Origin: an uncultured Verrucomicrobia subdivision 3 bacterium
Lineage (GTDB): Bacteria; Verrucomicrobiota; Verrucomicrobiia; Limisphaerales; UBA11358
Assembly (NCBI GenBank): GCA_903911825.1
Contig: CAIWFB010000216.1
Span: 1,317-65,316, forward strand
Direction: 5' to 3'
Length of the DNA stretch: 64,000 nucleotides
The notes beneath the pieces were generated by a model. It searched no databases and was not told the origin of the DNA. It worked only from the letters and a program-made list of their open reading frames with translations. The position numbers and the translations under genes are program-made. Positions 10,162-17,934 of the stretch are shown piece after piece. The stretch's first letter is position 1. Every line of letters starts with the position of its first letter.

Positions 10162-11359
10162 ATATGGTTATTTTTTCTTGGCACAAATGGCCTAAAAAAT
10201 ACTGGCGGCAGTTCTCCTGAAAACATTTTTTGCCGATTTCGCTCGCATTTTTGCCCAGCTGGCGGCGTAAGGCTTCATCGCCCAGGAGCCGGGTCAAAGC
10301 CTTGGCCAGCGCCTCGGCATCAGGGTTATCCACCACCTCGGCGACGTCCTGGTTTTCCCGCGCCCACTGCACGGCGGACGCATAGGCTGGGCCAAATATA
10401 AAGATGGGCAAACCTGTGAGTGTGTAATCGGCTAGTTTACTTTGGAAACTCGTGATCATCCAAATCTGATCCTCCGGCCGGAAACTCAACGGCAGGAACA
10501 GCACATCGGTATTTTTTCGAAACTCCTCCAACAACTGTCCATAAGGGATCGTCGGTTTTATGTGAACATTAGGCAAGCGCAGCCCCAGCCGCGCGACCGA
10601 CTTCTCATTCTGGTGCGAATAAATCAGGATTTGACCGCCCAGAGGTTCCAGTGCCGCCGCCGCCAAGCGTAATGCGTCCGCATAGCCATCGGTGATTGTT
10701 CCCGCAAAGCCCAGCGTAAAGCTCCGGCCCGGACGTGGCTCCGGCGGTTCCGGGTAAACCGGCGCGTCGGCGGCGCGACAAGGATATAAACAGGAACCGG
10801 CCACGCCGTATTGCTCCCGGTAGAAACTTTCCATCCAAGGAGAAATGCAAAGCCGGGAGACCGCCTGCCGGTAGACGACCTGAAACCGCCGTTCGGTCCA
10901 GAACTGCAACCGCGCGGGCAGGTTGCATGAGATTGGAGGGTGGTCATGCACAATCAAATGCAACGGCAGTTTCAACGCTTGCGCCGCCAGCGCCGCCGTG
11001 TGCCAGGACCAGCCATGAGCCACAGTCAACACCGCCTCCGGGCGAAAATGTTCTGCCCGGCGAATGATTTTCCCCACCATCAAACGTGTCGTGGCTTGCC
11101 GCCAAATGGAGCTGATGCCGGCAAAGCGGGTATGGGCCAGGCGGCGTGCTCCCAATGGCAGGTGAACATAGTTCACCCCGGGCAGACGGCGCTCTGGCTT
11201 TGACACTTCGGCCAATTCGCAAATCCAGAGTTTTTCCGCCGGATACGTTTGCAAATTGCGGAACAGCAGGGTGGAGCCGGCAACCGTGTGCTCAACCGGC
11301 ACATCACCGATATATAGCAGACGGGGAACCACGACAGGTTTAGTTACTACAGCGGCCAT
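10148..11359 (-). CDS. Hypothetical protein, possibly a divergent GT-B glycosyltransferase
   Basis: 403-aa ORF in the operon with two Rossmann-like halves. I can name no diagnostic motif, so only the CDS call is firm. Confidence 0.5.
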   Translation of the reverse strand: MAAVVTKPVVVPRLLYIGDVPVEHTVAGSTLLFRNLQTYPAEKLWICELAEVSKPERRLPGVNYVHLPLGARRLAHTRFAGISSIWRQATTRLMVGKIIRRAEHFRPEAVLTVAHGWSWHTAALAAQALKLPLHLIVHDHPPISCNLPARLQFWTERRFQVVYRQAVSRLCISPWMESFYREQYGVAGSCLYPCRAADAPVYPEPPEPRPGRSFTLGFAGTITDGYADALRLAAAALEPLGGQILIYSHQNEKSVARLGLRLPNVHIKPTIPYGQLLEEFRKNTDVLFLPLSFRPEDQIWMITSFQSKLADYTLTGLPIFIFGPAYASAVQWARENQDVAEVVDNPDAEALAKALTRLLGDEALRRQLGKNASEIGKKCFQENCRQYFLGHLCQEKITIYEKN

Positions 11360-12065
11360 CGTTATTTTTTGAAATCTCGCTTTGGGGTGCGCCGCATCGG
11401 CTTTCGCCTGTTGCCAAGTGTTTCGCTATGAAGGCCGACACGTCAAAAATCATTGATTCAATATCGGACAGCTTTTCATCCGGAAAATTCCACCATTGAA
11501 TCTTCAGCAACTCGTTGCGGGTTTTTTCATCAAAGCGATACCGCCTTACTTCAATAGGGTTGCCATAGGCGATGGCATAAGGAGGTATATTTTTAGAAAC
11601 CACACTACCAGCACCGATCACTGCCCCATCGCCGATGCTCACGCCATCTAAGATGGTGACGTTCATGCCAATGAACACGTCATTCCCGATGCTGATCGCA
11701 GCTTGCTCTGGCACTTTGTCGCGCTGGCTTAAGCTGAAAGCATTCTGCCGACGGGCTGAATAAAACATCGGAGCAGTGGACAGGCCATGCACCGGGTGAA
11801 CACCCCAGCCACACATCAGGTTTGGGCCAATGGAACAAAACCGGCCAATGGTCGTCAAATTAATGCGCCCCCCCCCGCTGATATAGGTATAAGCTCCGAT
11901 GGACGTATCGTTGAGGCTGGCAGGCTCATAAACTTTGGCTTTGGAACTGACGCAGCAATTTTTCTGGTTGAGCGAGGTCATGGCGCACAACTCCGGCATC
12001 AAATAGAACGCCACATGGCGAACCGCATATCTTAAAACCCGGGTAATTTGGGATGGCACAGCCAT
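11340..12065 (-). CDS. Hexapeptide-repeat acetyltransferase, Vat/CatB (xenobiotic acetyltransferase)-like
   Basis: [53 protein letters not shown]…IQWWNFPDEKL. The start is moved to Met38 of the ORF (12065) to clear the upstream gene. Confidence 0.8.
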   Translation of the reverse strand: MAVPSQITRVLRYAVRHVAFYLMPELCAMTSLNQKNCCVSSKAKVYEPASLNDTSIGAYTYISGGGRINLTTIGRFCSIGPNLMCGWGVHPVHGLSTAPMFYSARRQNAFSLSQRDKVPEQAAISIGNDVFIGMNVTILDGVSIGDGAVIGAGSVVSKNIPPYAIAYGNPIEVRRYRFDEKTRNELLKIQWWNFPDEKLSDIESMIFDVSAFIAKHLATGESRCGAPQSEISKNNDGRCSN

Positions 12066-12081
12066 ATTCACATAGAAGCAA

Positions 12082-12612
12082 TCAACCTTGAGGCCTGAAT
12101 CTGACCAGACGGGCGGGAATGCCAAACACAATCGCCTGCGCCGGAACATCCTTGGTAACAACGCTGCCAGCACCAATCACCGCCCCATCGCCAATCGTAA
12201 TGCCCGGCATAATCACAGCGTGAGAACCAATCCAAACATCTTGGCCAATGCATACTGGCTTTAACACGACCGTTTTAAACATGTCCGCTTTTTCATAGTC
12301 ATGGGTGACGGATGTGATGGTTGAGTGCGAAGCAATCATGGTGCGATTGCCAATCTGCACCCCGCCAGCACCCCAAACATGAACAAACGCGCCGATTACG
12401 CAATCATCCCCAATCTCAATCTTTTCAGGCTGCATGAAGCATAGTGGCAGGTGGAAAAAAGTGTTCTTTCCGCAACTTTTTAGTCTGGCACTCGTTCTGG
12501 CAATCTGGAATTGCCGCCAATATTCCTGAACGCGGTTGATAATGCTGGACAGTAACGGAGCTTGAACCGCCCCCCGACCCAGGCAGCGGACCATGTTTGT
12601 AATCGAAATCAC
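12082..12612 (-). CDS. Hexapeptide-repeat (LbH) O-acetyltransferase, WcaF/maltose-acetyltransferase-like
   Basis: [52 protein letters not shown]. Confidence 0.8.
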   Translation of the reverse strand: MISITNMVRCLGRGAVQAPLLSSIINRVQEYWRQFQIARTSARLKSCGKNTFFHLPLCFMQPEKIEIGDDCVIGAFVHVWGAGGVQIGNRTMIASHSTITSVTHDYEKADMFKTVVLKPVCIGQDVWIGSHAVIMPGITIGDGAVIGAGSVVTKDVPAQAIVFGIPARLVRFRPQG

Positions 12613-12669
12613 AATTTAGCCTCCAACAATTCGCTGGCAGTCATTGTTCGCAGCTTCGATTCGTTGTCA

Positions 12670-13932
12670 TCAACATGAGGCAAGGGTGCCGGTTAACCGG
12701 CTTTTTATTATTCCTCGGACCACCATGTATGTGACTAAAAGCAGCATTGGAATGGAGCAAAACCATCCGAATATGAGCACGCCTTTCACCTCGCCTAGAT
12801 TCAAATAGTTAAGAAGAATGATTTGCAGGGCAATCGTGAGGATTGGGGCCATCCACGCATGCCAGATCCAGCCGCGAGCGGTGGCCAGACTCCACACAAT
12901 CCCTGTAAAGCCGCCGAGGATGGAGCCGGCCACCATCCATGGCAGTTCCCGGGTCAACCCGGCATATTTAGCACCGAGCACCCAAAGAATTTCACGCGGG
13001 AACAGCACGCTGCAGGCAAACAGGCTGCCGGCAAAAACGGTATAGGCTGCCAATGACACCAGAAACAATCTCACCAGGCGGGCCAGCGTTTCACAGCGTG
13101 CATAGGTTGGAACCACCACCCCGTTCAGCACGCTGGCAATGACTGCAAATAACACGCTCAATCGCCCCAATGCCCCCAATTCCGCGACCTTCTCCACGTT
13201 GCCAAAAATGGAGATCAGCCAGATAGTGATCTGCCCCTGAAAGGCAAAAAAGAAAACGGTTAAAAACTGTTTGCGGATGAAGACCATCAGTTCCTTGCCC
13301 TGTCCGGCATCGCGGGGCGCGTCAAAGTCCAAAATCTCCGCCGCCCGCCGCCGCACCAGCACCGCCTGCAACGTGGCTCCGATGGTGGCCACCAGCACCG
13401 CCGCCAAGGCGTTGATGAATATCAACGCCAGCCCGCACAGGAGCGTGAGCCGGATCAGGGCGGCAACCAGTTCCAGTTTCTGCACGGCCAGATATTTTCC
13501 GTGCAGCCGCAATGGGGTGGCATACACGCTGGTATTGAATAGCCCCCACAACGTCATAATGATGACGGCAGTAAGCGAGAGCGCCTTGAGCCACGGCACC
13601 TCGTTTTGCCGGAATAAATACAGGGAAAAACCCACCCCAACCGGCACGGCAACCCAGGCCAGTTTGAAACGGATTTCCAGGACGGTGGACACCAACCGGC
13701 TCAATGCCCCGCGATCCCGCCACACGCGCCCACCCACGGCATTCAAGCCGGTGCCAATGCCTGAATCCGTCAGCATGCTAAGAATCGCCTGCAAGCTGGT
13801 GGCGATGGTGTAGGCGGCAAACTCGCGTTTATCCAGCACCCGGACGAGTAGAAACCCGCTCAAGGCCATAGTCAACTGCACCACGCCTTGCATGGCACCA
13901 AATTTTGCGAGCAGTTGTATTTTTTGCTTCAA
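12670..13932 (-). CDS. Polysaccharide flippase, MOP/Wzx-like
   Basis: 420 aa with about 12 TM helices. The start in the ORF track is TTG, and the first ATG is 36 nt downstream (13896). Assignment rests on architecture and context. Confidence 0.65.
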   Translation of the reverse strand: MKQKIQLLAKFGAMQGVVQLTMALSGFLLVRVLDKREFAAYTIATSLQAILSMLTDSGIGTGLNAVGGRVWRDRGALSRLVSTVLEIRFKLAWVAVPVGVGFSLYLFRQNEVPWLKALSLTAVIIMTLWGLFNTSVYATPLRLHGKYLAVQKLELVAALIRLTLLCGLALIFINALAAVLVATIGATLQAVLVRRRAAEILDFDAPRDAGQGKELMVFIRKQFLTVFFFAFQGQITIWLISIFGNVEKVAELGALGRLSVLFAVIASVLNGVVVPTYARCETLARLVRLFLVSLAAYTVFAGSLFACSVLFPREILWVLGAKYAGLTRELPWMVAGSILGGFTGIVWSLATARGWIWHAWMAPILTIALQIILLNYLNLGEVKGVLIFGWFCSIPMLLLVTYMVVRGIIKSRLTGTLASC

Positions 13933-13974
13933 ACAGTTTTAGGCAGGGGATTTCTATTTTCGAAAACACACTGT

Positions 13975-14043
13975 TCAACAGGCAGCCCAAATGAAGTCGG
14001 TAAAGGATTTTCCTGCCCGGCTGGGTTCGAGGATTAGGTCCAT
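13975..14043 (-). pseudogene. 22-codon remnant of a wzm 5' end
   Basis: It translates to MDLILEPSRAGKSFTDFIWAAC*, against the Wzm N-terminus MDLILEPGRAEKNYWRDLW. The 32 nt spanning the ATG and the junction to the array (about 14023-14054) match 15863-15894 at 30/32 positions. Confidence 0.65.
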
Positions 14044-14050
14044 GGTTTGG

Positions 14051-14246
14051 AAAGATGAAAAGCTAAAACTTGATGTAAAAAGCTGACAAACTGAAAAGCT
14101 AAAATGCTAAAATCTGACATGCGGACAAACTAAAAGGCTGAAAAGCTTACTTACTAACAAGCTGAAAAGCTAAAAAGCTAAAATGCTAAAATCTGACATG
14201 CTGAAACTCTAAAAACTGACATGCGGAAAAACTGAAAAGGGAAAAC
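14051..14246. repeat. Phased 8-bp repeat array D
   Basis: gctaaaat gctaaaat ctgacatg cggacaaa ctaaaagg ctgaaaag …, with occasional 7-bp units. Confidence 0.9.
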
Positions 14247-14295
14247 GTTCACCGCGGAGCTTTTTAGCAACAACCAAGCAACCAAGCACAAAGGG

Positions 14296-14598
14296 TCAGC
14301 CGATTCTTTTCTTCCGGTCACTCCAATATTCAGGGCGGCGAGAACCGTGGGCCACGGCCAGAATCCAAATGGTGTCATTCCAGATGAAATAAGGAACATA
14401 GTAGCGAAAAACCTTCAGGTTTACCTGCTGGTATCCATTGGGACGGAGCCGGGGAATTTCTGAATTGTGGCTGATCCATTGAATTGCTGCGCGAACCTCT
14501 TCCTTCAATCGAACACCCAATCCCGGCTCAGTTTCCTCGTAGTAAGCAATGGCTTCAGTTAATTCCTGCTCGGCCTCGAGAAGGATTTCTATCTTCAT
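14296..14598 (-). CDS. Type II toxin, RelE/ParE family
   Basis: 100 aa, MKIEILLEAEQELTEAIAYYEE…VPYFIWNDTIWILAVAHGSRRPEYW. 4-nt overlap with the upstream antitoxin gene. Confidence 0.75.
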   Translation of the reverse strand: MKIEILLEAEQELTEAIAYYEETEPGLGVRLKEEVRAAIQWISHNSEIPRLRPNGYQQVNLKVFRYYVPYFIWNDTIWILAVAHGSRRPEYWSDRKKRIG

Positions 14599-14831
14599 GC
14601 GGGAAAGCGCCGGTCCAGCCGGGCAAACACCTCATCAAAGCCGGCGGAACGGGCGCGGCCGGACTTAACCTCCGCCAGGCGCCGCCCGATTTCCGTTTCC
14701 CAGGCGGCCTCAACAGCGGGGGAAAAATCTTCGCTCTCATCCGATAAATCCAACAAAATACGCGCCAGTGTGAGCCGTTGATCCGACGGCAATTCCAAGG
14801 CATCTTTGGCGAGTTCAGAAATCGCTTTCAT
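14595..14831 (-). CDS. Antitoxin, putative addiction-module component
   Basis: MKAISELAKDALELPSDQRLTLARILLDLSDE…AWETEIGRRLAEVKSG. Start taken at the first ATG (Met13 of the ORF). Confidence 0.7.
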   Translation of the reverse strand: MKAISELAKDALELPSDQRLTLARILLDLSDESEDFSPAVEAAWETEIGRRLAEVKSGRARSAGFDEVFARLDRRFPA

Positions 14832-14870
14832 GCGTGGTAAATTACGCCGTGAAGGTGGATTGTCCAATAC

Positions 14871-15038
14871 AAATAAAAACTGAAAAGCTGAAATGCTGAC
14901 ACACTAAAAGGCGGACAAACTGAAAAACTAAAATGCTAAAATCTGACATACTGAAAGGCTGACAAACGGACAAACAAAAAGCTAAAAAGCTGAAATACTA
15001 AAATACTGAAATGCTAACAGGCTGAAAGGCTGACAAAT
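14871..15038. repeat. Phased 8-bp repeat array E
   Basis: ctgaaaag ctgaaatg ctgacaca ctaaaagg cggacaaa ctgaaaaa ctaaaatg …. Confidence 0.9.
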
Positions 15039-15064
15039 TTAGATAATTCCACTGTTTTAATTTT

Positions 15065-15883
15065 TTAAATGACGTCGGCGAAGGTTTTTTCCAGGCGGCG
15101 GAAATACCAGAGGCCACTCATACAGAGGACGAGCGAGACCAAAACGGAAAAGCTGACACTGGAAAGCTGAAATGGCGTTTGACCGCGCAGGAGGCACCAG
15201 CGGAAGCCATCAATGACGCCGACCATGGGGTTGAGGGAATAGAGGAGTTGCCATTTCGCGGGCACGACGTGGCTGCTAAATCCGACCGGTGAAACATAAA
15301 GCCCGAATTGCACGATGAAGGGGACGATATAGCGGAAGTCGCGGTATTTCACGTTGAGCGCACAAAGCCAGAGTCCGGCCCCAAAGGCGGCGGCAAACGC
15401 CAACAGCGTGAAGAGCGGTAGCGCCAGCAGCCGGAGGTCGGGGGCGAAGCCATACCAGAGCATCATCGCACCCATCAGGCCGAGGGTGATGAGAAAATCC
15501 ACGAGGCTGGTGATGACGGAACCGGCGGGGACGATGAGGCGCGGAAAATAGATCTTGGAGATGAGGTTGGCGTTGCCGATGAGGCTGTTGCTGGATTCGC
15601 TCAAGGCGGTGGCAAAGAATTGCCAAGGCAACATGGCGGACATGACGAGCAGCGCATAGGGCACATCAGCGGGGGCGGTCAGTTTAGCGATCTTACTGAA
15701 CACGATGGTGAAAACCACCATGGTCAGGAACGGACGGATGACGGCCCACGCGACGCCGATGACCGTTTGCTTGTAGCGCACGGAGATATCGCGCCACGCG
15801 AGGATGATGAACAGCTCGCGGTAGTGCCAGAGATCGCGCCAGTAATTTTTTTCGGCGCGGCCGGGTTCGAGGATGAGGTCCAT
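15065..15883 (-). CDS. wzm: ABC-2 type polysaccharide export permease (Wzm-like)
   Basis: YWRDLWHYRELFIILAWRDISVRYKQTVIGVAWAVIRPFLTMVVFTIVF and 6 TM helices. Start taken at MDLILEP (Met15). No partner ATPase gene is adjacent. Confidence 0.85.
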   Translation of the reverse strand: MDLILEPGRAEKNYWRDLWHYRELFIILAWRDISVRYKQTVIGVAWAVIRPFLTMVVFTIVFSKIAKLTAPADVPYALLVMSAMLPWQFFATALSESSNSLIGNANLISKIYFPRLIVPAGSVITSLVDFLITLGLMGAMMLWYGFAPDLRLLALPLFTLLAFAAAFGAGLWLCALNVKYRDFRYIVPFIVQFGLYVSPVGFSSHVVPAKWQLLYSLNPMVGVIDGFRWCLLRGQTPFQLSSVSFSVLVSLVLCMSGLWYFRRLEKTFADVI

Positions 15884-15894
15884 GGGTTGGAAAG

Positions 15895-16097
15895 GGGACA
15901 AACTGAAAAGCTGACTTACTAACAAGCTGAAAAGCTAAAAAGCTGAAACTCTAAAAATTACAAACGGACAAACGGACAAACAAAAAGCTGAAAAGCTGAA
16001 AAGCTAACAAACTAAAATGCTGAAAGGCTGACAAACTGACACACTAAAAAGCTGAAATACTGAAATGCTAAAATGCTAAAATCTGACATGCTGAAAG
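15895..16097. repeat. Phased 8-bp repeat array F
   Basis: It runs from just upstream of the wzm ATG to the stop codon of the four-helix-bundle gene. Confidence 0.9.
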
Positions 16098-16098
16098 T

Positions 16099-16464
16099 TC
16101 AGGCGCCGGCTTTGCGTAACTTGGAAACCATGGTGGTAAAGATGGCGATGAGTTCACTCGTTTCACGCAGGAGGTTTTCCATTGGTTCACCAGTGATGCC
16201 GCAATCGTCCCGCAACAATTCAAGCCATAATTGTGTTTCATCCGCTTCCTGAAGCAAGCCATCCAGCTTGGAACAAAATTCCGAATTGGAACGCGCCCGG
16301 GACGCCTCCCGAGCGTGGGCGGCCACTGAGGTTCCGGAACGCAGGAGTTGATGGCCGAGCACTTTGACCTCGGCGCGAGCCGGGGGAAGTTTCACATATA
16401 GCTGGATAGTCGCCGAGGCATAACGTTTGGTCCGGTCACGCAATTCATCGGATAGGCGGCTCAT
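16099..16464 (-). CDS. Four-helix-bundle protein (23S rRNA intervening-sequence protein family)
   Basis: 121 aa, …YASATIQLYVKLP…LGHQLLRSGTSVAAHAREASRARSNSEFCSKL…ADETQLWLELL. Confidence 0.8.
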   Translation of the reverse strand: MSRLSDELRDRTKRYASATIQLYVKLPPARAEVKVLGHQLLRSGTSVAAHAREASRARSNSEFCSKLDGLLQEADETQLWLELLRDDCGITGEPMENLLRETSELIAIFTTMVSKLRKAGA

Positions 16465-16467
16465 ATT

Positions 16468-16648
16468 CTAAAAAACTGAAAAGCTAAAATGCTGACATGC
16501 TGACAAACCAAAATGCTGAAAAACTAAAAAACTGAAATGCTAATAAGCTGACACACTAAAAAGCTGACAAACTGACATCCTAAAAAGCTGAAAGGCTAAA
16601 ATACTGAAACCTGAAAGGCTGAAAGCTGAGACCGGAGGCCTGAAAGGA
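16468..16648. repeat. Phased 8-bp repeat array G
   Basis: It starts 3 nt upstream of the four-helix-bundle ATG and ends in G-rich variant units (…gctgagaccggaggcctgaaagg). Confidence 0.9.
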
Positions 16649-16743
16649 GCAGGCGCCGCCCTTGGTCGTTTCGCGAGGTTTTTCGCAAAAGATTCCCGGC
16701 ACCAGCACCGCATGTTTTTGCCAAGGCATGAGCCTTAGGGGAG

Positions 16744-17092
16744 GTCGGAGACCTGTGACCTGACAAGCTGACATACTAACAAGCTAAAAAGCTAAAAAGC
16801 TAACATGCTGACAAACTAAAACACTAACAAGCTGACATACTGACATACTGACATACTGACATGCTGACATGCTGACATGCTAAAATGCTAAAAAGCTGAC
16901 ACGCTAAAACACTAACAAGCTGACATGCTGACATGCTAAAAAGCTGACACGCTGACAAACTAAAACCGGAGGTCGGAGATCAAAAATCTAAGACCTGAGA
17001 CCTGACATACTGACATACTGACACGCTAAAAAGATGAAACGCTAACAGACTGACACGCTGAAACACTGACATACTGAGACCTGAACTGACTG
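16744..17092. repeat. Phased 8-bp repeat array H (longest)
   Basis: About 40 units, including a near-perfect run of six (a/g)ctgacat units at 16831-16878. Confidence 0.9.
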
Positions 17093-17121
17093 GCGGCGCG
17101 ACAACGACGGCTTACCAAATT

Positions 17122-17676
17122 TCATTGGCTGCCTAACAATTTCAACAAAAAGGGTAGGACGCGACGACCATTCTTTTCCCAGCTCTGCAGCAGCTTGACG
17201 CGCGCGAGGGTGTGGGTGCGGGCGGCGCCGGTCAGCGGCTGGGCGTGGGCGCTGATGCGCTCCAGGCGGCTGGGGCTGTCGCTCAAATGTTCGGTCAACT
17301 GCTGGCGCAAAAAGCTGCCGGCGAGATGGCGCAGTTCGGCGACGGCCTCGTAGTGGGTGCGGCGCGTGGCGGTGGCGACTTCGCGGACGGCACCGAGTTC
17401 GCGCAGATATTTCAGGCCCTGACTGGCGGAGCCTTTGCTCAGGTGCAGTCGCGCGGCGAGGTCGTCCAAGGTCAACGGCTGGTGCGAAATGAACAGGAGC
17501 CCGTAAAGCTCGGCGTAGGAACGGGGCTGGCCGACAGCGCGGGAAAATTGGACGAAGAGTTGGATGACCTCGGTTTCCACCGGAGTCAACCCGGAAGCCG
17601 GGTGGTTCGTTTGAGCACGGGCAACCATGAGTTTAGCGTTCGCCTGGGAATGTGCGCTGGCCACAGGACGGAGCAT
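17122..17676 (-). CDS. Winged-helix transcriptional regulator, GbsR/MarR-like
   Basis: …VIQLFVQFSRAVGQPRSYAELYGLLFISHQPLTLDDLAARLHLSKGSASQGLKYLRELGAVREV…RRTHYEA. AGGAG lies 8 nt upstream of the ATG. Confidence 0.65.
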   Translation of the reverse strand: MLRPVASAHSQANAKLMVARAQTNHPASGLTPVETEVIQLFVQFSRAVGQPRSYAELYGLLFISHQPLTLDDLAARLHLSKGSASQGLKYLRELGAVREVATATRRTHYEAVAELRHLAGSFLRQQLTEHLSDSPSRLERISAHAQPLTGAARTHTLARVKLLQSWEKNGRRVLPFLLKLLGSQ

Positions 17677-17702
17677 AGTGAGCTCCTGGAATTATTCAAA
17701 TA

Positions 17703-17872
17703 AAAATGAACAAACTGACATACTGAAAGATGACATACTGAAAAGCTAAAAAGCTGACAGGCTGAAATCTGAAAGCGGAGACCTGAAACTGGAAAGCTGA
17801 AAGCTGACATACTGAAAAGATGACATACTGAAAGATGACAAACTAAGATCTGAAATCGGAGATCTGAGAAAA
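17703..17872. repeat. Phased 8-bp repeat array I (in a divergent intergenic region)
   Basis: Same polarity as all other arrays. Contains cggagacc and cggagatc variant units. Confidence 0.85.
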
Positions 17873-17934
17873 GGGAGGGCGGCGGGTTTGGCGGTTGCTT
17901 AGCGGGGGGGACTTCCGTTTTAATGACGTGAACT

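Noticed and set aside
14051-17872. The repeat arrays as CRISPR arrays, integron attC sites or REP/BIME elements
   Set aside because: The period is only 8 bp with no unique spacers, so they are not CRISPR. The units are not palindromic and no integrase is nearby, so they are not attC or REP. No cas genes lie in the window.
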